IMG/VR virus record: IMGVR_UViG_3300042318_000959
Coordinates: 5,802 to 69,801 of that record
Origin: a virus
Taxonomy: Duplodnaviria; Caudoviricetes
Strand: one strand, 5' to 3'
DNA length: 64,000 nt
This document shows, piece by piece, positions 9,301 to 18,021 of the stretch. The notes beneath the pieces were generated by a model, which was given only the letters and a program-made list of their open reading frames with translations, did not search any database and was not told the DNA's origin. The position numbers and the translations under genes are program-made. How positions within the stretch are numbered: position 1 is the first letter of the stretch; every line of letters starts with the position of its first letter.

Positions 9301-12300
9301 TTCTCCTGCTACTTCTAGTGAGGCCAGTTTATTTGCTAAATTCCTTGCTTTAGAAGATAATATTACCCATTTAGGATGCCCTTTTACCTCATCAAAATGC
9401 CCTCTAGAATTCCCAAACATATAGCCTTGTACACTTAATTCAGACGGTAGTCCTTGTCTATAATAATCTGTTTCAGGTGAGTGGAAAGTATAATTTCTAT
9501 TTGAGGCTCCAAAAGTAACCCCATTTTCTACATCTAAATTTTCATCACCATTCATTATATCATTCTGATAACTATTAAATGGGTAATTTGAATAGTATAC
9601 TGTCTTTGCACCTTCTTTGTACTTTCTCATATCGTACAATAATCCTGATGCTACTATACTCCTATCTGTAGATATGTCTCCTCTAAATATTTCATAGTTG
9701 GAAATCTTATTCCTATCACTTTGTGTAATCAGACCATTTATTACGGCCACATCTAAAAATGTATTTATAAGGTTTTCATCTATTGTTACACCTAATGGGT
9801 ATATCACACTGCTACCAAATGGGCTTTGTTGCGAATTTGACATGAATGGTGCAATTTGATTATCTGGAAACTTGAAATGTCTTATTTTATTACATGTAAA
9901 ATTAGCATTATTATTTAATATATAGTTACCGTTTGCGGTGCTTTTTACAAAAGCTTCTTCAAATCTAAGTCTTGAGTCTTGTGGTATTAAGTTTATTGGG
10001 ACTACCAGTTTTCTTGAATCATATAATTCTGGATTATCTGGGTAAGTTTCTTCACTTTCCCAATAAGAAAATTCACCTTTTCTAAAAGGTACAGCATTAC
10101 AATTTTGCACTGTTGGTTGGTCAAATTCACATGATTTTACATATGTTATCTTTTTATCAAGTCTAATAGAATCCCAAGTTACTTCTATTCTGCTAAATTC
10201 AGTATCTCTCTTTGTAACTGTATAACATCCTTTACTTGGGGTAACTGCATATCTACTAATAAAGTCTTCATTCCACTCTATATCTTGATCAATATTATTT
10301 ATTAGTACTACTGGTGCTTCTACTGCAACATAATATTTTTTATTACTAAACCATCCGTTTGGAATATCTATAGATGCTCCTGCTGAGTTTGTTATTCTTA
10401 GTGTTGTTGGAGTTGCTGGATTTGTACTTTTTTCTAAAAGCCACATCCCACCAGAAGATAAATCTACTATTTGTGAATATATAGCTGTAGTATCAGAACA
10501 AGTTCTAAATATTGACATTCTTACTTTTGTACCCGATGGTAGAGCATCTTGGTACTGTGATATTTTTTGTTTGCTTATGTCAAGTACAAAGCTGGTTTTG
10601 CTATCTGTGTTTCCAAGAAACCAGAGTGCTCCTTTATGTATGTTTGTAAAAAAGTTATCTGGAGTGCTGGAAACAGCGGCTATTTTTGATGTGAAAAGAT
10701 CGCTTTGTGTACCACTAAAATAATAATTGTTAAAGTTAGCTGCATTTATATTATCTCCTGTATTTGTATAAGTTGTTATATCAACTGGAGCGGTGCAATC
10801 TTCATTTGCAAAATCTGAGTCTCTTAAATATACAGGTTTTGGAGCACCATCCGCAAAAAAGCTATCTGGTCTATTATAACCTAAAGGATTAGTTGGATCT
10901 TGTGCTGGGGTTCCTGTTGAGTTTGTTATTTTATGTATTGTACAATTTTTTGGTGCTCTCGCTGTAATGTATTCTGATGGAAATAGGCTACCAATTTTTC
11001 TTGTCACTTCGTTAGTTATCTCTCCTATAACTACCTCACTTACTTCAGAAATATCATCACACTCTGTTAGGCCTTCAAATACATTTACCGGACAAGTATT
11101 AGCTGAATAGTCTGCAGTTAATACCTGACAGATACCTGTATTTTCAAACTCATATGGGCAATTTTCTTTATTGTCTTCTATATGTTGAGCTAAGTCTATA
11201 TATTCTTCATTGTCTAACTCTATAAGTAATATTTTATTTAGCCCAGAAATACTAGCAACATTTTCTATTATACAAGTTTTTGTCAATTCTTCTGTAACCT
11301 TAACTGTTTGCATTTCAGATCCTTGGCATACTGGTACTTCACCAGGATATGCTGTGTTATAGAATTGCCATCTTTTATCTCTATTTGATGATGAACAAGA
11401 TTGTATATTCTTTATTATTGAATCCACATCATTACCAGACTTGCCTAAGTTATTCGCTACTGGCAATCCATTTACTATATTTACTAGTAAATCTAAGTCG
11501 CTAGATTTTGGCAGTCTTCCTATAAGAGGGAATATCGGTGTTTCATACCCACCCTCTAATAAAAATCTTATAGAAAATGGGACTACTTCATCTCTATTAT
11601 ACCCTAAAAATTTAGAGGAAAGAACTCCATTTTCATATAAGGTTTCTGATGCTATATGTGTTTGCCATTGCATAAACTGACCGAGTAAATTAATTACTGG
11701 CTGCAAGTTTATTTCTTTTTTTTGTGTAATCCCGTACTGGAATAATATGTTGTTTGAGGCTGTAAGACCTTCTACTTTTTCTATGTTTAGTTGATCAATC
11801 AACAGTTTATCAAAACTTGTCGTCACTTTATTTTGTTCTGTTGCGTAAACTACAGTGTTATCATTTATTGTATGTATTCCTTCAATAAAATATCTAGAAG
11901 CTCCTTCAATATCTGCTGTTTGTATTACTGCTACTTTGTAGTGAGAGTATGTTTTGTCAAGGTTAGATACTTCTAGTCTAATTGCTAGATTTGTTCTGCT
12001 TGCTAATTCTTTTTGCTCAAGTATTCTATTGTTCTTGTCAAATATTGCTATTGGATTTGTTATAGAATAATAAGGTGATATTTCATTTCCTGATGCATCT
12101 GAATAAGCAATTAAAAATTCATACATACCCATAGGAAGTCTACCACCTAATTCTATAGTAGCTGGTTCAATTTTTGGTATACTAAAAAGCTTAAATATTC
12201 TTAGTTCATCGTAGTTTATGCAAGTTGTTGTAATATTATCATCGCAAGATACATTTTGATCATTGTATCTACCTGCAAGTAATTCGGTAATATTTATATG

Positions 12301-12888
12301 TCTTGGTGGATTGTTGTTGTCAGAAAAATATATGTTTTTTCCACATTTCTCATTTTTTATTACAATCTTTTTTATGGGGTAGTTTATATCAAAATTAAAT
12401 CCGGATCCTGGGGTAAATGGTGTACATAGATTTGTATTTACATCAAGGTATCCATCTATATCTGTAAGTAATGTTGTATATGTTTGTAGGGGTGCTTGTG
12501 TTAAAGTCTCTAATGGATCTGACAGTTGGTTTACTTTATTACAGTTATCACAGTCTACTAATACATCTGATATATCATTTGTGTTTTGATTACTCTCTAT
12601 AACGCCAAATTCCCCTACGCTTGTAAGGGGATTTACTAAAAAGAAGAATGTAGAGTTTGAATCAATGTCGTTTTCAAATCCGATTACCCTAAAACCTGGC
12701 TTAAATTTAGAGGCTAAAATATTAGACTTCTCGTTTGTTAAGTTTAGGCTATTTCCAGATTCGTTTTCTATATTAGCATTAAAGGCATGTGTGTATTCAG
12801 CATCTGTTAATTGTGATGGATGTGTATCCTTCACCATTCCTGTCTTAGCAGAACTTAAATTTATTTTTTTATTCTGTTCTTGTGCCAT
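6307..12888 (-). CDS. Tail stabilization/muzzle protein (crAss-like, P22 gp10-like) with C-terminal PKD/Ig-like repeats
   Basis: 2193 aa. GMVKDTHPSQL...Y..A.NA start, F...ETYP and GGDTYISR-type blocks, and DAKRGQV...GLTMGWDSRYRRVLLTKRD. Ends with two QTI.SG...YSWT PKD-like units. Follows the ring-protein genes. Confidence 0.8.
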   Translation of the reverse strand: MAQEQNKKINLSSAKTGMVKDTHPSQLTDAEYTHAFNANIENESGNSLNLTNEKSNILASKFKPGFRVIGFENDIDSNSTFFFLVNPLTSVGEFGVIESNQNTNDISDVLVDCDNCNKVNQLSDPLETLTQAPLQTYTTLLTDIDGYLDVNTNLCTPFTPGSGFNFDINYPIKKIVIKNEKCGKNIYFSDNNNPPRHINITELLAGRYNDQNVSCDDNITTTCINYDELRIFKLFSIPKIEPATIELGGRLPMGMYEFLIAYSDASGNEISPYYSITNPIAIFDKNNRILEQKELASRTNLAIRLEVSNLDKTYSHYKVAVIQTADIEGASRYFIEGIHTINDNTVVYATEQNKVTTSFDKLLIDQLNIEKVEGLTASNNILFQYGITQKKEINLQPVINLLGQFMQWQTHIASETLYENGVLSSKFLGYNRDEVVPFSIRFLLEGGYETPIFPLIGRLPKSSDLDLLVNIVNGLPVANNLGKSGNDVDSIIKNIQSCSSSNRDKRWQFYNTAYPGEVPVCQGSEMQTVKVTEELTKTCIIENVASISGLNKILLIELDNEEYIDLAQHIEDNKENCPYEFENTGICQVLTADYSANTCPVNVFEGLTECDDISEVSEVVIGEITNEVTRKIGSLFPSEYITARAPKNCTIHKITNSTGTPAQDPTNPLGYNRPDSFFADGAPKPVYLRDSDFANEDCTAPVDITTYTNTGDNINAANFNNYYFSGTQSDLFTSKIAAVSSTPDNFFTNIHKGALWFLGNTDSKTSFVLDISKQKISQYQDALPSGTKVRMSIFRTCSDTTAIYSQIVDLSSGGMWLLEKSTNPATPTTLRITNSAGASIDIPNGWFSNKKYYVAVEAPVVLINNIDQDIEWNEDFISRYAVTPSKGCYTVTKRDTEFSRIEVTWDSIRLDKKITYVKSCEFDQPTVQNCNAVPFRKGEFSYWESEETYPDNPELYDSRKLVVPINLIPQDSRLRFEEAFVKSTANGNYILNNNANFTCNKIRHFKFPDNQIAPFMSNSQQSPFGSSVIYPLGVTIDENLINTFLDVAVINGLITQSDRNKISNYEIFRGDISTDRSIVASGLLYDMRKYKEGAKTVYYSNYPFNSYQNDIMNGDENLDVENGVTFGASNRNYTFHSPETDYYRQGLPSELSVQGYMFGNSRGHFDEVKGHPKWVILSSKARNLANKLASLEVAGEIIIKAAEISSNAQVWGMGGLVFGASLGLPAFIAAGVVTAFGIAEGIIYKQGQYRYQWLKIFRDFGSPHNFAYYYYADGYYNYLTNAQEQGNKLRGLHIAKYLNDGRFVTTNELTGERLSINNIDRERSVLLSFGDKPITYPSTTTPSGPLYRTYDKGADSSITYQSQAGFVTKGRSPEVIRNIASPYAAIKNYLPTQYGTINSIKWLSTGHVGSLKNIGTQCLSIFGGDTYISRHTLKRKMPLFLVTAMKQADLTPFNYFFYSNIGTNPKFYCSYEQNEDDFSDGGKAFPDLDSKYSFDNLKSSGNYVLPPSKFYLYYYGITNFLTETRINTNYRYAGKEQSRNFYPLVGDLGTWTQEESVSIREPNVFLYNSEYSKQISLTRKRTLSDTYERSFNECTQDMPNGIIASLPDSTENSLYDPWLIYRPLDIFEFQTNFGKLKDIIDIEGQAILARFANTSILYNKVDSKIDDGSSPVLSLLGGNSFFQRRSTSFHNTNLGYGGTQNSAFISNEFGHFFADAKRGQVLMVPSNGEGMIEISSMVGNKSSGMRNWFKEHLPFKILKYIPNTDIDNPYNGLGLTMGWDSRYRRVLLTKRDYIPKNDCIQYVEGKGFVIDKTICDDEEPIVTCPTGYVLGDGVCQLESNGLNLCLDGWVYNPLTETCTYTDTLDATCICTADVFASPQTICSGTNTSIALTSTETGIGYSWTATQSGVTGATSGSSNIISQNLSGQGTVTYTIRPFEIVSGCQGEPQDVLVTVNAVPNIIATPTSPQTIDSGNTIAIPLSSNIVGTTFSWTVTPSAGVTGTNSGTGTTITDTIAATGNGTAVYNIVATAPNGCTNTLNYTVNIKAAILECLANFKIIVEYINAADCTGNHGCNAADFVVNANGVNVGIAHLSNTGGTYDAGNVGPTGGSSRYNEFTLTTTQAQAIAAASVGGNITFNLTCNIAITDNEGFGLGGCHTSASHMRIIRNGSTVYNACPNLNSFTINPCTGVVLS

Positions 12889-12899
12889 TCTGGTTTTAA

Positions 12900-13763
12900 T
12901 TATGTATTAGGAAACATTCTTTCAAATCTGTTGGTCTCTTGGATCATTTTCATTTTTAACTTATCTTGCCAATTTCTTCCAAGGCCCTCAAATTTAACTT
13001 GTGTCATTGCAAGTGTGAAATATTCTCTTTCTTGCTGTTTTATATAAGTTAGTTTGTTTATTAAATTAACGTCATCATCATTCATCCACAAACCCTCTAA
13101 TATTTTTCTCTTCACAAAGTACATCAAATACTCTTGTAGGCTTACTACATCTGGTATATAAAGATCTCCAGTTTCATCTGATGGTATCGCATTATACTGC
13201 ATGTATATATACCCTTTATCAAAATTGGTCTGTATCTTATTGCCAAGTATGTTTATTTCATGTTGTGCTGAGTGTGTAAGCTGCGTTTGTAAGTTCTTAC
13301 AGCCTGGACTACAATATTCTTTTTTTATGCCTTTGGTAAGCTTTAAAATAACTGGGTTTGTATATCTGAAATTTATAATGGTATTATTATAATATTTCTT
13401 TTCAATTATTTCTTTGTAGCTTGTTTTTTTATGTGAGCCTGATAAGTTATCCCACTCATATGTATTCTCTAGCTTTTGAGTATAGTACTGTGAGTCTTGT
13501 ACATCTTGTCTAGATCCTTGCTCAAATTCGTGACTATCTTGTGTGCATTTTACTGCTAAGTGCAAGCTCCAAAAATCTTCTGGTAAATCTACTTGCCCAT
13601 TCTCAACTTCTAATACTTTTTCAGTAAGTGTTGTTATATTGGCACCAAATCTTTTTAGCTCGCTTTTAATCCATAGATTAACTGACCTATAATCTATAAG
13701 TCCAGATTCATCATACTGTCTTAAATCAGATAGTATCTCTGCTATTAGTTGTTTTCTAGTCAT
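12900..13763 (-). CDS. Tail ring/tubular protein
   Basis: Helical N-terminus with VENGQVDLPEDF motif. Immediately upstream of the muzzle, as in crAss-like phages. Confidence 0.65.
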   Translation of the reverse strand: MTRKQLIAEILSDLRQYDESGLIDYRSVNLWIKSELKRFGANITTLTEKVLEVENGQVDLPEDFWSLHLAVKCTQDSHEFEQGSRQDVQDSQYYTQKLENTYEWDNLSGSHKKTSYKEIIEKKYYNNTIINFRYTNPVILKLTKGIKKEYCSPGCKNLQTQLTHSAQHEINILGNKIQTNFDKGYIYMQYNAIPSDETGDLYIPDVVSLQEYLMYFVKRKILEGLWMNDDDVNLINKLTYIKQQEREYFTLAMTQVKFEGLGRNWQDKLKMKMIQETNRFERMFPNT

Positions 13764-13765
13764 TT

Positions 13766-13978
13766 TTAGTCAAGTAAGATATATGTCCAATACTCTGTAG
13801 TGTATGCTATCCACACTCTTGATGCGTTTGGCTGAACTACTATTTGGCCAACGTATTCTGGGACCATTCCTAAGTTATAAGGTGATTCTTCTACAACTAA
13901 TGGTCTAACTTGAGTCTCTAGTTTTAGAACTCTTGTAAATAGTTTTTTAATGTTTGATTTAACTTCTAGTAGTGTCAT
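13766..13978 (-). CDS. Hypothetical protein (tail module)
   Basis: 70-aa ORF, tightly packed on the module strand. Confidence 0.6.
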   Translation of the reverse strand: MTLLEVKSNIKKLFTRVLKLETQVRPLVVEESPYNLGMVPEYVGQIVVQPNASRVWIAYTTEYWTYILLD

Positions 13979-14015
13979 AGTTTGTATTTTTTATTAACTT
14001 ATTATCAAAGTTCTT

Positions 14016-14339
14016 TTAGAATCTTATTTGTATGAGCTCTTCATTAACTTTGCAATTTAATATACCTCTTACTCTTTCAGTCTCTATTGTGACATCCATC
14101 CTTACAAAAAGGTAAACCTCTGTATCTTTAATGATAGGTTTTATCTCTGCATATTTTGCGTTAGCAATAGCGGCATCCAAGTCTTTGGGTATGACTTCAG
14201 TTCGCTCTTTTATTTGTAGTCGTAGAGCATTTTTTGCATCCGTATCTTCTGATTTAAGAATAGCGATTTCCTCACTTGTACATGGTTCTTGTTTTATTTC
14301 TATCCAAGACCCTTCTGTTATTGATTTTAATTGTTTCAT
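14016..14339 (-). CDS. Hypothetical protein
   Basis: 107-aa ORF with A-rich start context, co-oriented. Confidence 0.65.
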   Translation of the reverse strand: MKQLKSITEGSWIEIKQEPCTSEEIAILKSEDTDAKNALRLQIKERTEVIPKDLDAAIANAKYAEIKPIIKDTEVYLFVRMDVTIETERVRGILNCKVNEELIQIRF

Positions 14340-14350
14340 TTTATTTTGAT

Positions 14351-14893
14351 TTATAAGTCATTACCTTTTTTTCTCGCTTTCCTAAAAAATAATGAGGCAT
14401 TAAATGTATATTTTTTACCGGCTTTTAAATTATCACAAAGTAACTTTTTTACTTTTCTAGAAAAGCTGTAATCAAATACCCAAGATTTGAATATGTTGTC
14501 TTTTTCTATAGGTACAAAGGCTAGATTATATATTTTGTTATCTGTCCTTGGGTTTAGCTTTATTGATCCATCTACTGGGTTGTGTGAGCTTCTGTTATCC
14601 ATTTCTTGAATTACACCAAAGTATCCTAATCCATCTACAAAAACTCCCCCCGATTTTGAGGCTATCTTTTCTCCGACTATCTCATAGAACTTTGATATGA
14701 TTTTTCCATGCTCGGTAAAATTTTCAATATCTTCTAGGTTTGCTAGTTTTGAGTTATCCCTGTAATATTGATAAGCTTTGTAGTCTCTTAGTGAAAAGCT
14801 TCCGCCAAGATCCCCTATGGATTTCTTTCTGCCCCTACTTCTAAAAATATACTTAAAGGCCTCCTTAGTAAATGGTTTACTAGGTGTCTTCAT
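14351..14893 (-). CDS. HU/IHF-like DNA-binding protein
   Basis: Basic protein with GGVFVDGLGYFGV (HU-like beta-arm). It sits among tail genes like the IHF homologue of crAss-like phages. Confidence 0.5.
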   Translation of the reverse strand: MKTPSKPFTKEAFKYIFRSRGRKKSIGDLGGSFSLRDYKAYQYYRDNSKLANLEDIENFTEHGKIISKFYEIVGEKIASKSGGVFVDGLGYFGVIQEMDNRSSHNPVDGSIKLNPRTDNKIYNLAFVPIEKDNIFKSWVFDYSFSRKVKKLLCDNLKAGKKYTFNASLFFRKARKKGNDL

Positions 14894-14895
14894 AC

Positions 14896-15564
14896 TTACT
14901 TCTCGTTACTGTTTAGGTTAGGGTTTTCGTCAGAAGGTATTTGTTTTTTCATAGCTATTTCTTTTACTGTCTCTGCTATTATTAACTCTTCTAATTTATC
15001 TGGGACTACAAAATCATATTCCCATAAACTTTTACATCCTGGTGTGCTGCAAGAAGATACATTGTCGATCTCTGCTGTTTCTACAGTTAATAAATATAGA
15101 TTTACTATTTCTATTTCTGTATCTAGGAGATAAAGATAGCCATCTTTTACATAATAGTCTATATAATCTGTTCCTGAAACTCTATTTTTATCTCTTCTGT
15201 ACTGTGATGGAATTGTTGCTTTGAATTCTTTTTCTCCATCTATTGTTGTTACTTCTTTTAGTGTATTACCATATCTGCTATAAATAAGTTTTGGTAACTT
15301 CTTTTTTGATTTCATAATAGAGTTACATTTTCTAAACTCTATGATGTCACACTTTACAGACTCGATTTTTTCTACTTCAAAGCAGTCTAGTGTAGTATAC
15401 AAATTGTCTTCCCTAAAAAGACTTCTATCATTAAGCTTTTGTGATATGTAAAACATAGATTTTTGCTTCCCTACGTGTAAGATATATCTACGTGAAATTC
15501 TATCATCCTTAGATAATGCGTTTAGTCCATTTAATACTCTCGATGTAAATTCTGAATTAGTCAC
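14896..15564 (-). CDS. Tail ring/tubular protein (GTG start at 15564)
   Basis: VTNSEFTSRVLNGLNALSKDDRISRRYIL...KKLPKL. The first 41 codons in the ORF track overlap a terminator and a promoter, so they are judged spurious. Confidence 0.65.
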   Translation of the reverse strand: MTNSEFTSRVLNGLNALSKDDRISRRYILHVGKQKSMFYISQKLNDRSLFREDNLYTTLDCFEVEKIESVKCDIIEFRKCNSIMKSKKKLPKLIYSRYGNTLKEVTTIDGEKEFKATIPSQYRRDKNRVSGTDYIDYYVKDGYLYLLDTEIEIVNLYLLTVETAEIDNVSSCSTPGCKSLWEYDFVVPDKLEELIIAETVKEIAMKKQIPSDENPNLNSNEK

Positions 15565-15584
15565 TTTTTTGCGATTTAAGTTTA

Positions 15585-15619
15585 CAAAATTAGTTAAAAA
15601 TTTTCTGTTTACCAAATTA
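15585..15619 (-). promoter_or_regulatory. Bacteroidota-type promoter, late variant
   Basis: TTTAACTAATTTTG with TTTG 20 nt upstream, inside a second TTTAACTAATTTG copy. Confidence 0.75.
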
Positions 15620-15630
15620 GTTAAAAATTT

Positions 15631-15657
15631 AAAAAAGAAAGAGGGCCGAAGCCCTCT
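15631..15657 (-). terminator. Rho-independent terminator
   Basis: AGAGGGC-TTCG-GCCCTCT followed by TTCTTTTTT on the minus strand. Confidence 0.85.
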
Positions 15658-15736
15658 CTCACCCAACAGAAAAAAGAGGAAAACCAAAAACCTCTTCTCT
15701 TTTAAATTATACTATTATCATTTTATATCTATGTTA

Positions 15737-17350
15737 TTATACACATGTACTGTAAAGTGCTTGCCCTCCAGTTCCATAAGTTAGTGAATTTGGCCAAATA
15801 CATCTTCTATTACCGCCATAAACGCTGCTACTACCTACCCATTGACCTGGATTTAGTGTGCCCCCTATGATTTCATCAACTAAGCTACCAACACTAGGTG
15901 TATAAGCTTTCCAAGTTATTGGGGAACTACCGTTGTTAGTTAGTTTCCAACTTGTGGAAGTGACATTGCTGTTATCAGTATAACCAGGTGTACTTGTAGA
16001 GTTTATAGGTATAGTTCTTTGATTAGTTACTAGATTACCAGTAATATATAAAATATCAATAGTTAATGTAGTATCATAAGTACTTGGATCAATAGTCCCA
16101 GTAAACATAGAATTTGGGTCATAAAAAACGATGTCCTTTTCATACCCTGGAATATCTTCAGAAGGTGATACTACTAAAGTTGAACTATTTAATGGCACTT
16201 CTCCAACGTTAAGCAGTTTCCAAAAATTAAAACTTCCACTTAAATAGCTATAGTAGTTAGTACCTCCAGGTATCTCCCTATCACAAGGTTGGCAAGGGTT
16301 ATTTCCATATAGATCAAATGGATCTCCTGTGCAGCAAGAGTCATATTCTGTGGTTGCCTCATAAGTTACTCCCTCAGTATCACTAGTCCATGAATCTTCA
16401 TATAAATTTTGTGTAAGAAGAGCACATTGATTACTAAAAGCATATGATACCGGATTTAATCCGGCTGTATAATCAGTATATGGACTAGTGATATTATCTA
16501 AAGTTACTAGACCACCATTATCAGTTAATATATATCCTGAAAATGTAAATGTATCAACTGCCTCATTAACCTGACCTTGATTTATAAATATGCTTGGGAA
16601 CTGTCCTGTAGATGAACCTGTAGAAAATTGTAATTGTCCAGCTCCACTAGGGACATTAAATATAGTTCCTGAACCAATAGTAGTGTATGATACTATATTT
16701 ACAAAACTGCCACTTGGGTCTACGGTTTCTCCGTTAAGTTCTGAGTCAAAATTTACTGCTCCACTTATTATATTCTCAGAATAACCAGTTTGTGGATTCA
16801 TGTTGCTTTGCCAATCTCCGCATAAAATACCGGATATTGTGCTTGTACATGACCTTGTTTCAACTAGTGTAGGACATGCTGCTCCTCCACCAGATGCTGG
16901 TGTAACTTCAGTTCTTGTTCTTGTCTCTGTTCCATTTATACATGCTGACCAAGCTGACCAATCTGACACTACACAATCTACTGGTACTGTACATGACCTT
17001 GTTTCAACTAGTGTAGGACATGCTGCTCCTCCACCAGATGCTGGTGTAATTTCAGTTCTTGTTCTTGTCTCTGTTCCATTTATACATGCTGACCAAGCTG
17101 ACCAATCTGACACTACACAATCTACTGGTAATACTGATACTACTGGTATATCTTGGTGGTTTATACACTCTCCTTTAGATTGCACTCTAGTTATTGTTGT
17201 ATTATCTGGAATTGTTAATGAATACCCTGCTTCTAGCAATGCTTTATCTACAGAAGATGCCACTAATAAAAAAGTTCCTGTAGAATTACTGTATATATCA
17301 AATGGTCCAGCATCCCCTCCTAGCAAGTCTATTGTTATCTTTACTATCAT
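15737..17350 (-). CDS. Tail-associated adhesin-like protein with two thrombospondin type-1 (spondin-type) repeats
   Basis: Two copies of VDCVVSDWSAWSAC.NGTETRTRTE.TPASGGGAACPTLVETRSC, followed by a Ser/Thr/Gly-rich beta region. Confidence 0.8.
   Translation of the reverse strand: MIVKITIDLLGGDAGPFDIYSNSTGTFLLVASSVDKALLEAGYSLTIPDNTTITRVQSKGECINHQDIPVVSVLPVDCVVSDWSAWSACINGTETRTRTEITPASGGGAACPTLVETRSCTVPVDCVVSDWSAWSACINGTETRTRTEVTPASGGGAACPTLVETRSCTSTISGILCGDWQSNMNPQTGYSENIISGAVNFDSELNGETVDPSGSFVNIVSYTTIGSGTIFNVPSGAGQLQFSTGSSTGQFPSIFINQGQVNEAVDTFTFSGYILTDNGGLVTLDNITSPYTDYTAGLNPVSYAFSNQCALLTQNLYEDSWTSDTEGVTYEATTEYDSCCTGDPFDLYGNNPCQPCDREIPGGTNYYSYLSGSFNFWKLLNVGEVPLNSSTLVVSPSEDIPGYEKDIVFYDPNSMFTGTIDPSTYDTTLTIDILYITGNLVTNQRTIPINSTSTPGYTDNSNVTSTSWKLTNNGSSPITWKAYTPSVGSLVDEIIGGTLNPGQWVGSSSVYGGNRRCIWPNSLTYGTGGQALYSTCV
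16844..17130. repeat. 144-bp tandem duplication (TSP1 unit)
   Basis: Two copies with a single visible mismatch (GTAACTTCA vs GTAATTTCA). Confidence 0.95.
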
Positions 17351-17367
17351 TTTGTTATTTTAATTAT

Positions 17368-18018
17368 TTAATAAAAAACTACACTTGCTACTTTTGTAAC
17401 TAGGTTATAGGATACAGTACCCACATGTGTTTTAGCAGTTAGGGGATCTACACCACAACACCCATCACCACTAGCATCTGGAACTAAGACTGCGTTGCTT
17501 GAAAAAGTGTTAATAACTGTACCTGTAGAAGTTATAGTATTACCTCCAGGTGTTATAGTCAGAGTTCCCCCTGTATAAGTTACTGCACTCACGTTTGTTA
17601 GTCTATCGGTAGCTGCATCACACCAACCTGCATATAATTCTACTCTTACATCATTGTTTAAGCTAATATTTGCTAATTCTAGATTTTTGAAGTTGATAAC
17701 AATTGACTCTCCTTGTCCATTTCCAAAATCATCCCCTCCTTGGAATAAGTAAGCATTACTTAATAATGTTGCTGGTGTTGGTGTAGCATATTGACTAGGT
17801 TGTCCACATCCTATAAATTTATTATCTTCAACTGTGCCTGTGTTTTGAAATGTAGTAGCTGAGTCTAAATCTCTACCACCTGCATCTGAACCTGTATTAT
17901 CATATTGGTAAGTTACAATCATGTAATCAAAAGGGTCTAAGATTATTTCCTCTGCTATACCCGTAAAATCACAATCTGAGCTGCTAAGTCTATATATATT
18001 TCTTTTAAAATTTTTCAT
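17368..18018 (-). CDS. Putative tail-associated structural protein
   Basis: 216 aa, Gly/Thr/Cys-rich beta-type composition, inside the fibre cluster. Confidence 0.55.
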   Translation of the reverse strand: MKNFKRNIYRLSSSDCDFTGIAEEIILDPFDYMIVTYQYDNTGSDAGGRDLDSATTFQNTGTVEDNKFIGCGQPSQYATPTPATLLSNAYLFQGGDDFGNGQGESIVINFKNLELANISLNNDVRVELYAGWCDAATDRLTNVSAVTYTGGTLTITPGGNTITSTGTVINTFSSNAVLVPDASGDGCCGVDPLTAKTHVGTVSYNLVTKVASVVFY

Positions 18019-18021
18019 ACT

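Noticed and set aside
15565-15687. N-terminal 41 aa of the ORF-track protein 14896..15687
   Set aside because: It overlaps a clear terminator and a promoter. The GTG at 15564 is the more plausible start.
15737-17350. Eukaryotic contamination or chimeric assembly explaining the TSR domains
   Set aside because: The gene has the same strand, AT-rich codon style and tight spacing as its phage neighbours, and the repeats are in frame within it.
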